A DNA stretch of 64,000 nt, from contig VXRC01000025.1 of NCBI GenBank assembly GCA_009838645.1, positions 19,173-83,172 on the forward strand. Direction: 5' to 3'. Below, piece after piece: positions 53,225 to 62,025 of this stretch. Positions within the stretch are counted from its first letter, which is position 1. Each line of letters starts with the position of its first letter. Made by a program: the position numbers and the translations under genes. This DNA is from Gemmatimonadota bacterium (GTDB lineage: Bacteria > JAAXHH01). The notes beneath the pieces were generated by a model. It was given only the letters and a program-made list of their open reading frames with translations, did not search any database and had not been told where the DNA came from.

Positions 53225-55732
53225 CTACCGGAATATAGACCGAGGGGATTTTCCTGTCAAGAGAAACCCATCCACCACCTGCCCGGGCGTGGGACCGAGG
53301 GGTCGTGGCGGCGCAAAGTACGCCATGTCCCAGGACCGGCCGTTGCTACGGATCATGACCGCGCCGCCCTGGTCCGTTCGAAACACCTCCGCTCCCCGCC
53401 GCCTGTACCGCTCGATGACCTCGGGCGAAGGATGGCCGTAGTTGTTGTACATGCCGGCGGAAACGGCCACCGCCTCCGGGTCGACGGCGTACAGGAAGAC
53501 CGTTCCGCTTGACGAGCTGCTCCCGTGATGGGGTGATTTGAGCACCGTGCTTTTCAGGGAGGACGGCAAGCGGACGGTCGCGGCCTCGCCTTTATCCTCG
53601 ATGTCGCCGGTCAGCAGCATGCTGAACGCGCCAAAGGACAGGCGCAGGACTACGGACGCCTCGTTGGTGTTGGTTCTCGCCGGGCCGGACAAGAACAGGG
53701 AATCCGGATGGAGAAAAAGGCCGCGCACGTCGCCCAGCGCCGCCAGGGTGTCTCCCTTCGCGACCGCGCGGTACGGGATGCCGTGCCGATCGATGGCCTC
53801 GCGCCAGGCCCGGTAGGAACCGGATTCCGAACCGACCCCGCTCGAAATGACCTCGCCCACTTCTACGGACTCCACCACGGCTCGGAGTCCGCCGTAGTGG
53901 TCCAGGTCGGGATGGGTGACGATGATCGTGTCCACTCGGCGGTATCCCTTCGCACGCATGAAGGGCAGGATGACGCGGGCGCCCGCGTCGTAAAATGGCG
54001 TACGGACGCCACCGTCGACCAGGAGGGTGCGCCCGTTGGGACAGGTAATGAAGATGGCGTCCCCCTGTCCGACGTCGAGGACGGTGATCCTCAGCGACCG
54101 GTCGGGCAGCAGGTTGTAACAAAAGAGGAGGAAGGAAAGCGCCAGCAGGCCCTGCCGCGTCCGCCGCCCCCGGTTCCCATCCGGTTTCCAGAGTAGCAAC
54201 AGTCCCGCGCCGTAGAAGGACGCAAAGAAGAGCGTGGAAGGCGCCGGCACTTCAACCAGCGCGGACGGCACGCCGGAGAGGGCCTTTGAGAGATGGATCA
54301 TGGCGAACAGGACCAGCGCGTTGGCCGCGCTGAAGAGGCGGGCGATTTCGATGGCCAGGGGGCCGGTCATGGCGGTGAGCACGCCGAAGGTCGTATTCAG
54401 GAACACCAGCGGCCCGATGAATAGATTCGCCACCGCCGACATCCAGGAGACCTGGTAGAACGTACCCGCCACCACGGGCAGCGCGCCAAATTGCGCCGCG
54501 ACCGAGACCAGCAACCCGTCCCGCAGCCAGCGGGCCCACCATTTCTCCGACCGGGAGATCCGCTCGGGGAGCAGTTCCTTCATCCTGGGATAACCCGTGA
54601 TGATGGCATAGGTCGCCAGGAAGGAAAGCTGGAAGCTCAGGTCGAACAGGGCCGATGGCCAGATCAGGAGAATGACAATGGCCGCCACGGCCAGGATGTT
54701 GACGGTGTCGGTCTGACGGTCCAGCTGGCGGCCCGCCAAGAAGAGCGCCGCCATGATCGTGGCCCGGATGACCGACGGCGTCAGGTTGGTGATGAAGGCA
54801 TAAAGCACCAGGACACCCAACGTACCGGCGACTACGATGTTCCGCGGCAGTCTCAGGACGGACAGCAGCGTATGGATCACCAGGGTGATCAGGCCGACGT
54901 GCAGTCCGGACACGGCCAGGATATGGGCCAGGCCGATCGTCCTGAAGGTGTCGAGCAGGTCCTCGGGCAACTGCCGCCGCGCGCCCAGCAGGATGCCTTT
55001 CAACAGGGCGGCGGAATCGCCCCGCATGGTCCGGTCGATGGACCGGTCGATGCTGTTGCGCAGCGGGTCGATGACCCCGGTCCGCCAGGTGAAAGACGTG
55101 TTACGCCGCGTCACGCGATAACTGCGCGCATCGCGCACGCTCATCAGCGCGTAAACCCCCCTGCTTCCGTAGTAGGTGTTCGCATCGAATCCGCCGGGGT
55201 TGCGAGCGGGTTGAGGGCTGCGCAGGCGTCCCGATACGAGGACGCGGTCGCCGTACCGGCCGGGATCGATGTCGCTGTTCAGGCGGACCTGCAGGCGGCC
55301 AGTCACGGGTACCGCTTGATCGGTGGCGGTCGCCATGCCAGGCGACTCTCTTGAAGCCCAGCCGGCAACGCCCAACGAAATGGAGTCCACGTCCACCGTA
55401 ACCAGGGTGAAACGTGCTCTCGCATCGGGCGATCGGACGATCGTCCCGGTCAGCACATGCCGTTGCCGCTGGTCGCAGAATCGCCGGATGTCGTTCGCCG
55501 GCACGACCCGCACCTGCACCGCGTACCAGAAGGCGCCCGCGAACACTAGGCCCAGGGCCATACAGACACGGAGGGCCAAAGCGTCGGTTCCTCGAGTCCG
55601 GTAAAGCGCGTAACCCATCGCGATCGCCGCTGTTGCAACCAGCGCGAAAAGGACGGGTGATACCTCGACGCGGTGTCCCAGCAGAATCCCGATTACAAAA
55701 CACACCGCGATGAACAGGGCCGGGCGTTGCAT
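53225..55732 (-). CDS. comEC: DNA uptake channel ComEC/Rec2
   Basis: DUF4131 OB region, HILAVSGLHVG, PSVIRA, FQLSF, LDVGQGD, THPDLDH, SPHHGS, YGHP. Confidence 0.96.
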   Translation of the reverse strand: MQRPALFIAVCFVIGILLGHRVEVSPVLFALVATAAIAMGYALYRTRGTDALALRVCMALGLVFAGAFWYAVQVRVVPANDIRRFCDQRQRHVLTGTIVRSPDARARFTLVTVDVDSISLGVAGWASRESPGMATATDQAVPVTGRLQVRLNSDIDPGRYGDRVLVSGRLRSPQPARNPGGFDANTYYGSRGVYALMSVRDARSYRVTRRNTSFTWRTGVIDPLRNSIDRSIDRTMRGDSAALLKGILLGARRQLPEDLLDTFRTIGLAHILAVSGLHVGLITLVIHTLLSVLRLPRNIVVAGTLGVLVLYAFITNLTPSVIRATIMAALFLAGRQLDRQTDTVNILAVAAIVILLIWPSALFDLSFQLSFLATYAIITGYPRMKELLPERISRSEKWWARWLRDGLLVSVAAQFGALPVVAGTFYQVSWMSAVANLFIGPLVFLNTTFGVLTAMTGPLAIEIARLFSAANALVLFAMIHLSKALSGVPSALVEVPAPSTLFFASFYGAGLLLLWKPDGNRGRRTRQGLLALSFLLFCYNLLPDRSLRITVLDVGQGDAIFITCPNGRTLLVDGGVRTPFYDAGARVILPFMRAKGYRRVDTIIVTHPDLDHYGGLRAVVESVEVGEVISSGVGSESGSYRAWREAIDRHGIPYRAVAKGDTLAALGDVRGLFLHPDSLFLSGPARTNTNEASVVLRLSFGAFSMLLTGDIEDKGEAATVRLPSSLKSTVLKSPHHGSSSSSGTVFLYAVDPEAVAVSAGMYNNYGHPSPEVIERYRRRGAEVFRTDQGGAVMIRSNGRSWDMAYFAPPRPLGPTPGQVVDGFLLTGKSPRSIFR

Positions 55733-55741
55733 GGTGGGTGC

Positions 55742-56047
55742 TTATTTCCCCTGTTCAAGCAAAATGCGCTCGAGCCGGTCGAAACGAGCGTCGACCTTCC
55801 CGGCATCTTCCCGGATATGGTCTGCCAGTCGATCGAACTTCGCGTCTACCTTGTCAAATTCTGCGTCTACCTTTTCAAATCGTTCCCATATATTGTCTTC
55901 GAATCGGTTGAATCTCGCGTCGATCTTGTTGAGCTCTTTTTGGATATCCTCCTTCAGTTCGCGCCGGCTTCCCTTCGCCTCGCGCAAGAAGAAGATGAAG
56001 GCGGTCAGCAGGATCAGGGGCTGAAGCCAGAGTTGCGCGTGTTCCAT
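55742..56047 (-). CDS. Small membrane-anchored coiled-coil protein with KVDA(R/E/K)FD heptad repeats
   Basis: N-terminal hydrophobic helix; repeats KIDARFN/KVDAEFD/KVDAKFD/KVDARFD; AAGGAG RBS. Confidence 0.72.
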   Translation of the reverse strand: MEHAQLWLQPLILLTAFIFFLREAKGSRRELKEDIQKELNKIDARFNRFEDNIWERFEKVDAEFDKVDAKFDRLADHIREDAGKVDARFDRLERILLEQGK

Positions 56048-56115
56048 GATACTCCTTTCATGGTTTAAGGTTTGATCGTGGATATCGTTTAAGAACTGGT
56101 ATGTGTCTCCGCCTA

Positions 56116-56370
56116 TCAGGTCTTCTTTTCCGATTCAAAGGGGTTGCTTATGCGGGCGAAGGCTCCAAGCAGCCCCTCTATCCGGGATACGCGTTCGCCC
56201 AAATGCGCAATCCGTTCCTCGATCTGCGAGACCCGCTCATCAAGGTGATCGATACGGTCACTCAGACGCTTGTCGAGTTGAGATATCCGCATGTCGAGAC
56301 TGCGCCAGACAAAGAGCAGGATCCCGATTACAACTACATTGCTTATGACGTTGGTAGCGTCCATATTCAT
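56116..56370 (-). CDS. Small membrane-anchored coiled-coil protein
   Basis: TM VVVIGILLFVW then heptads RISQLDK/RIDHLDE/RVSQIEE/RIAHLGE/RVSRIEG; AGAGGA RBS. Confidence 0.72.
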   Translation of the reverse strand: MNMDATNVISNVVVIGILLFVWRSLDMRISQLDKRLSDRIDHLDERVSQIEERIAHLGERVSRIEGLLGAFARISNPFESEKKT

Positions 56371-56514
56371 CCTCTTATAAAATGATTTGGAAATTCCAGT
56401 GTGTGTATTCTACGGTCCCTGTCTTTGGTCCTCGTGAATCCGCCCGTTTCGCAGTCGAACGATCCGTTTAGAACATCCCATCAGGAAATCGAACGATCCT
56501 CCTCGGTCACCCCT

Positions 56515-57219
56515 TCAAGCAACCAACCGATCCTCTTCAATCACGCCATCGCGCAATCGGATGATCCGCCTGCAGTGCCCGGCGACGTGCGCTTCGTGCG
56601 TCACCAGTACGATCGTATGCCCCTCTTCATTCAGCCGATCGAAAATCGCCATGATCTCCTCCCCGGTCCCGCTGTCCAGGTTCCCGGTTGGCTCGTCCGC
56701 CAGTATGATGGACGGTTCGCCGACCAGCGCACGGGCGATGGCCACGCGCTGGCGCTGTCCGCCCGACATCTCGTTGGGCTTGTGGCGGGCGCGGTCGCTC
56801 ACGCCCACCGCTTCCATGGCTTCCATGGAGCGCCAACGCCGTTCCCTGCTGTCCATGCCGCGGTAGAGGAGCGGCAGTTCCACGTTGTGCAGCGCGTCCA
56901 TTCTCGGAAGCAGGTTGAAGGCCTGGAAAACGAACCCGATCATCCGGTTTCGGATGAAGGCCTGTTCGTCGTCCGTGAGATCTCCGACGGACCGGCCGTC
57001 GAGGGCGTACCTGCCCGCCGTGGGCGTGTCCAGGCAGCCCAGGATGTTCATCAGGGTGGATTTGCCGGATCCCGACCGGCCCATCACGGCCACGTATTCG
57101 CCCCGGCTGATGGTGGCGGATACGCCCCGGAGCGCGGGAATGCGGCCGTCTCCCATCGGGAAGGACTTATACAGGTCTTCGATGGAGATCAGGGATGGGG
57201 AATGAATGGAATGACGCAC
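56515..57219 (-). CDS. ABC transporter ATP-binding protein, MacB/LolD type
   Basis: [46 protein letters not shown]. Confidence 0.93.
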   Translation of the reverse strand: MRHSIHSPSLISIEDLYKSFPMGDGRIPALRGVSATISRGEYVAVMGRSGSGKSTLMNILGCLDTPTAGRYALDGRSVGDLTDDEQAFIRNRMIGFVFQAFNLLPRMDALHNVELPLLYRGMDSRERRWRSMEAMEAVGVSDRARHKPNEMSGGQRQRVAIARALVGEPSIILADEPTGNLDSGTGEEIMAIFDRLNEEGHTIVLVTHEAHVAGHCRRIIRLRDGVIEEDRLVA

Positions 57220-57359
57220 GACGCCTCCCTGTGACCGGGTGTGTGATTCGGTGCTATACAGGAATGGTCGTGTTTACGTGAGGGAATCTCGTGGGAAATG
57301 CGGATTTTGAAGGAAGCTTTAAGAGGAAAGCGTAAATGTCGTACGAACAGGATTAATCC

Positions 57360-59759
57360 CTACTCGGAACGCAACGCATCGGCGGGATTCGCCGTGGCGG
57401 CCTTCAGCGCATGGTATCCAACCGTCAGCCAGGTGATCAGCATCGCGGCAAGTCCAGTGAGGATGAATACCCACAAACCCATTTCGATGCGATAAGGAAA
57501 ATCCTCCAGCCACTCCTGCATGATGTAGTAACTGATGGGAACGCCAACAACGAACGCGATCAGGATCAGCCTGGTAAAGTCCTTCGGCAACAGCAGAATT
57601 ACGTTCGAAATCGTCGCGCCGAGGACCTTGCGAACGCCGATCTCCCTAGTCCGTTGTTCGGCCATGTAGGACGCCAATCCCAGCAGGCCCAGGCAGGCGA
57701 TTAGAATGGACAGGACCGTGCCGGCGATGAAGACGGAACCCAGCCTTTGCTCAGCGGCGTACTTTTGATCGAGATCCTGGTCGAGGAAGTAGGATTCCAT
57801 GACGGGATGGTTCGGATAGGATTCGCGCCACTGATCCTGCAGTATTTCTAGTCCCCGGGCCAGGCTCTGGCTGCTCAGCCTGACGACCATCGTATTGCCG
57901 CCTTCCCAAAACAAAATCAACAGGGGTTCAATGCGTTGGTGAAGCGAATGATAGTGAAAATCCGCCATGACGCCGACAACGTGCATGGGGGGATAATCGG
58001 GCGTGTGGGTATACGTAAACACCTTTCCGATCGGATCTTCCCATCCAAAGGTACTGACTGCCGTTTCATTGACAAGAACGGAGTAGTCGTCCGAGGCGAC
58101 GGAGCGGGAAAACGATCGGCCCGAGACGATCTTGATTCCCATTGTTTCTACGAAGTCGAAACCGGTCCAAATGGTGGAGATGAGCGGGGTATCCTCCACG
58201 ATGTATCCTTCCGGCTGAATGAAACTGGTCGCAGTCAGCCTGCCGGGAACGCTGGTTGTCGTACTCAAGTTAACGATTTCAGGATACTGCAAAACCTTGT
58301 CCTTAAAGGCCGGATAGCCCTGAACGGCCTCATTGTCGGGCAGTCGGACAACCACCACGTGCTCTTTGTCGAATCCCAGTTTCTTATTTCTCATGTACTC
58401 CAGTTGCGCCAGTATTACAACGGTTCCGACAATCATGATGATCGAGGCGACGAACTGGAAGGTGATCAGCGCTTTTCTCAAAAACGATTGGGAAACTCCC
58501 GCCTTCAACACTCCGCTCAGTACGGCAACCGGTCTGAAGGAGGAAAGCACGAAGGCGGGATATCCGCCGGCGACAATCCCGGTACAAAGTGTGATGGCCA
58601 GCAGGACCGGCATCAACCACGTGGATTCGTAATCCATTTCCAGTTCTTTTCCGGAGAACCGGCTGAATTCGGGAAGGATCAGGTGTACCAGTACTAGGGC
58701 GACGGCCAGTGCGATGAAGGAGAAGAGTACCGACTCACCGATGAATTGCCCGGTCAACTGGACCCGCCGGGCACCCAGCACTTTCCGAATGCCGACCTCC
58801 CGCGCCCTTCGTGCGGAACGGGCTGTGGAAAGGTTCATGAAGTTCACGCAGGCGATCAGTAATATGAATACAGCCAACGAGGTAAAGATGTAGACATATC
58901 GGATGTCGCTGTTCGCCTTAAGCTCCAGTTTGAGATTGGAGTGCAGGTGGATATCGGTGAGCGGCTGCAGATAGGGTTTGAATTCCATGCCCAGCGTCTC
59001 CAGTCGTTCACCGAGGTACCTTTCCGGAAACTGGCGAAGTTTGACTTCCAGGTCTTCCGGCGCGTAACCCTCTTTAATCAGGAGATAGGTATACAGAGTA
59101 CGGTCCATGTTCTGAATCGTGGTCGGCTCGTTGTATATCCCGCTTGCCGCGAGCGTAGAGAACGAAGCAAGAAAGTCAGCGTGAAAATGAGAGCTTGTTG
59201 GCATGTCCCGCATGATACCCGTAACGGTGAACATATAGGTGTCGTCGACGGAAACCACTTTCCCTACCGGGTTTTCATTCCCGAAAATCAACTCTGCCAT
59301 GGTTTCCGATACGACCACGGTATGGGGTTCCGCCAGTGCCGTTCTGGGATTGCCCTGAACCAGAGGGATGGTGAAAATGTCAAATACGGATGAATCCGCA
59401 AAAATGAAAAACTTCTCTTCATAACGTTTTTCGTTGTAACCAATGAGCCAACTGGTGTTCGGCGGCTTCCACCGGGTGAACTGCTCGATTTCAGGATACT
59501 CTTCCTTCAGTACCGGAGCCCACGCTGAGGGCGTTCGCGCCCATTCGTCCGTTCTTCCTTCCGCTGTCGTAGTTACCACTATCCGGTAAATCCGGTCTTT
59601 GCGCTCATGGTGCTGGTCGTAGCTGAGTTCGTCCTGCACGTAGAGCAGGATCAGAATGCAGGAAGCAAGGCCAATGGCCAGGCCCAGGACGTTGATCGCC
59701 GAATAGCCCCTGTACCTGAGCAAGTTCCTCAGAATGACGTTGAGGTAGTTTCTGAACAT
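57360..59759 (-). CDS. Duplicated MacB/FtsX-type ABC permease (~800 aa)
   Basis: MFRNYL..ILRNL..YS.INVLGLAIG, LQPLTDIHL, ACVNF.NL.TARS..RAREVGIRKVLGA, EQRTREIGVRKVLGA, ANPADALRSE. Confidence 0.92.
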   Translation of the reverse strand: MFRNYLNVILRNLLRYRGYSAINVLGLAIGLASCILILLYVQDELSYDQHHERKDRIYRIVVTTTAEGRTDEWARTPSAWAPVLKEEYPEIEQFTRWKPPNTSWLIGYNEKRYEEKFFIFADSSVFDIFTIPLVQGNPRTALAEPHTVVVSETMAELIFGNENPVGKVVSVDDTYMFTVTGIMRDMPTSSHFHADFLASFSTLAASGIYNEPTTIQNMDRTLYTYLLIKEGYAPEDLEVKLRQFPERYLGERLETLGMEFKPYLQPLTDIHLHSNLKLELKANSDIRYVYIFTSLAVFILLIACVNFMNLSTARSARRAREVGIRKVLGARRVQLTGQFIGESVLFSFIALAVALVLVHLILPEFSRFSGKELEMDYESTWLMPVLLAITLCTGIVAGGYPAFVLSSFRPVAVLSGVLKAGVSQSFLRKALITFQFVASIIMIVGTVVILAQLEYMRNKKLGFDKEHVVVVRLPDNEAVQGYPAFKDKVLQYPEIVNLSTTTSVPGRLTATSFIQPEGYIVEDTPLISTIWTGFDFVETMGIKIVSGRSFSRSVASDDYSVLVNETAVSTFGWEDPIGKVFTYTHTPDYPPMHVVGVMADFHYHSLHQRIEPLLILFWEGGNTMVVRLSSQSLARGLEILQDQWRESYPNHPVMESYFLDQDLDQKYAAEQRLGSVFIAGTVLSILIACLGLLGLASYMAEQRTREIGVRKVLGATISNVILLLPKDFTRLILIAFVVGVPISYYIMQEWLEDFPYRIEMGLWVFILTGLAAMLITWLTVGYHALKAATANPADALRSE

Positions 59760-59797
59760 GACGTATTTATCATAGCCTTTGTATGGACGATCGTCGG

Positions 59798-61672
59798 TCA
59801 ACCATGTTCAGGATCCTTCAGCACTTCAATGCTGGCCTGTCCGCTTTCCGTAGCGAGTACGACATCGGTATTTCCATATTCATAGGTAGTCCCTAATGAC
59901 ATCCTGATATCGTTACTCGACCATGCATTAAGAGGCATCAACTCTTTTGCCTCTTCATACTTCAGTACACCGCAACGGGTATGCATAACCAGGCTGGTAT
60001 TTTTTGCTGCTTTTTCGGTTAACGCCAGTATCACGTTACCGGAAACGGTACGGAGGTTGCACCTGCCCATTCGAATCCCGCCAGTGCGGCACAACCGGGT
60101 TGTGCCATAGCGGTTTAAAATGGAAACATCTCCGTTTAAATCACGTGCATCCAACGCAGTGCGACAGACGTCAATATCCACACCGCCACTGATGGACTCG
60201 ATTTTACCTTCCCACTGATCGGGGCGTGCTAACATGTCGTGATCCAGACTACTTCCCCCGCAGCCGTACATACGCTGATATACCAATCCGCTAACCCGTC
60301 GAATTCTGGAGAACTCGCTGTTGAAAAGGTAAACATCTCCCGTAATTTCCTGTATGTGGCAGGAATAGCAGGAATACGTTAAAAGTGAACCTTTCAAACC
60401 ATCCGCATTGACCTTACTCGATCTGAACACCGACATAGTCATCCCGGCGGGAACCGAAATCGACATATGACAATACGTGGCATGACCAAATAGATTCGTT
60501 TCGTCGGTACAAACAGCTCTGAAAACAGCCTCGACTTTTCCTGTCACGGCCGTTCTCGGCAATTCTATGGGGCGTACATTCGCAGTGTGAACGGTGATTC
60601 GTATTGATTTCCCCAGACTGGTTTCCACAGGTTTCGGCAGGGGCAGAAACCCATTTACTTCATGCTGCAAATCCGGAAACATGTCGACCGTTCTTACACC
60701 GCCGACATTATCCTCCAGCACGCGGTCATTAACGAGATCACTTTTCCAGTATTTACTGATTTGCGACGTAGCGGCGACGTAATCGAATCCATACGGGTTG
60801 CTGGTGCCAAGAAACAACTCTCCTTCATGAGGTCCCGTTTCAAGGAAATTGTCTATCTTGTCATAGCATATTTGAAACCCGCTGACATTGCTATGTGCCT
60901 TATCATCGGACATACCGAGTGCGATTTTTGTACCTTTAACAACCACCTGATCTCCTGGTGCAGGTACAATATCCACCTCCGTATTGACACCGCAATACAG
61001 GACGATGTTCTCTAAGTCTCCCTTTTCTATGGTTTCTTGGAAATCCTCTCTGGCGATCTTGCAAACCACATCCTGGACATCTTCGGTGACATCGATCTGG
61101 CTCATGGCGATAGTCTCCTGTTCCTGGGGCGACAACGCATCTCTCAGCCGGATTCGGGACTGATAAAGCCGTCCTTTCGCCGTCGATTCGGGAATGTCAA
61201 GAAAGGCGGCAATCTCTCTTAGTGTGAACCCGGTGTAGTAGTACAATTTGACGACCTGGCGATAGTGTTCGGGCAGTCTCTCGACTTCATCCCAAAGCTC
61301 GAGGTACTCGAGGTATTTCCGATGGATCCGGTCCGCCACGGGGAATTCGTCGCGAATGTGTTCAGCATCCGGATCGACACGGACCAGGCGGCTGACTTTC
61401 TTCCGACGGCTCCATTCCTTGCATCGGTTGACGACGATCCTGTGCAGCCAGTTTCCGAAGATGGCAGGATCCTTCAACTGTGACAGCTTGCAGTAGGCGG
61501 CAACAAAAGCTTCCTGTACCACGTCCTCGGCGTCTGTCCTGTCCCGAAGGTAACCCAGCGCCACGGCGAAAGCGGCGTTCTGGTACCGCCGGACCAGAGG
61601 CTCGAAGGCGTTGGCGTTGCCTGACAGGCAAAGGCGGATGTTGTCAGTGTCGTCGTGTGTCGTTGTCGTCAT
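59798..61672 (-). CDS. ECF sigma factor with ~430-aa C-terminal beta-repeat (DUF4097-like) extension, copy 1
   Basis: sigma2 AEDVVQEAF...F.NWLHRIVVN, sigma4 LPEHYRQVV.L.YY.G...EIA..L.IPESTAKGRL; CTD with ISVP and GDV/GGVDI beta repeats. Confidence 0.85.
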   Translation of the reverse strand: MTTTTHDDTDNIRLCLSGNANAFEPLVRRYQNAAFAVALGYLRDRTDAEDVVQEAFVAAYCKLSQLKDPAIFGNWLHRIVVNRCKEWSRRKKVSRLVRVDPDAEHIRDEFPVADRIHRKYLEYLELWDEVERLPEHYRQVVKLYYYTGFTLREIAAFLDIPESTAKGRLYQSRIRLRDALSPQEQETIAMSQIDVTEDVQDVVCKIAREDFQETIEKGDLENIVLYCGVNTEVDIVPAPGDQVVVKGTKIALGMSDDKAHSNVSGFQICYDKIDNFLETGPHEGELFLGTSNPYGFDYVAATSQISKYWKSDLVNDRVLEDNVGGVRTVDMFPDLQHEVNGFLPLPKPVETSLGKSIRITVHTANVRPIELPRTAVTGKVEAVFRAVCTDETNLFGHATYCHMSISVPAGMTMSVFRSSKVNADGLKGSLLTYSCYSCHIQEITGDVYLFNSEFSRIRRVSGLVYQRMYGCGGSSLDHDMLARPDQWEGKIESISGGVDIDVCRTALDARDLNGDVSILNRYGTTRLCRTGGIRMGRCNLRTVSGNVILALTEKAAKNTSLVMHTRCGVLKYEEAKELMPLNAWSSNDIRMSLGTTYEYGNTDVVLATESGQASIEVLKDPEHG

Positions 61673-61766
61673 TGGGGTCTCGTTAAACAAAATGAAGCAA
61701 ATCGCTACGTAACGTAGTAAAGGACGACTTTGCAGCCTTAAAAGTTAAAAACAGAATCGTGATTGA

Positions 61767-61871
61767 CACTGTCACGTATTCGCACCGGTTTTCTGTGGCG
61801 GATACATCCTGGAGCAAGGGAATGCGGTCGTCTCTCAGCGGGAAGGACTTTTTGAGGTCGATACAGAGGAT
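61767..61871 (-). pseudogene. Remnant of an ABC ATP-binding gene 5' end
   Basis: ILCIDLKKSFPLRDDRIPLLQDVSATENRCEYVTV aligns with [35 protein letters not shown] of 56515-57219; similarity ends before Walker A. Confidence 0.75.
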
Positions 61872-62025
61872 TTGAGGTCGGTTCGTACCGGAAGGTTCAG
61901 TTTCGAAAGGCTGCAAGACTCATGCCCGGTAACGCAGGGGCGTTCAGATTCTTATAAGGCATCTTAGTCTGGATCGAAACCTCAAACGTGGAGTTTCCTG
62001 CGGAGTTTTCTTTTTGCTGAATTCA

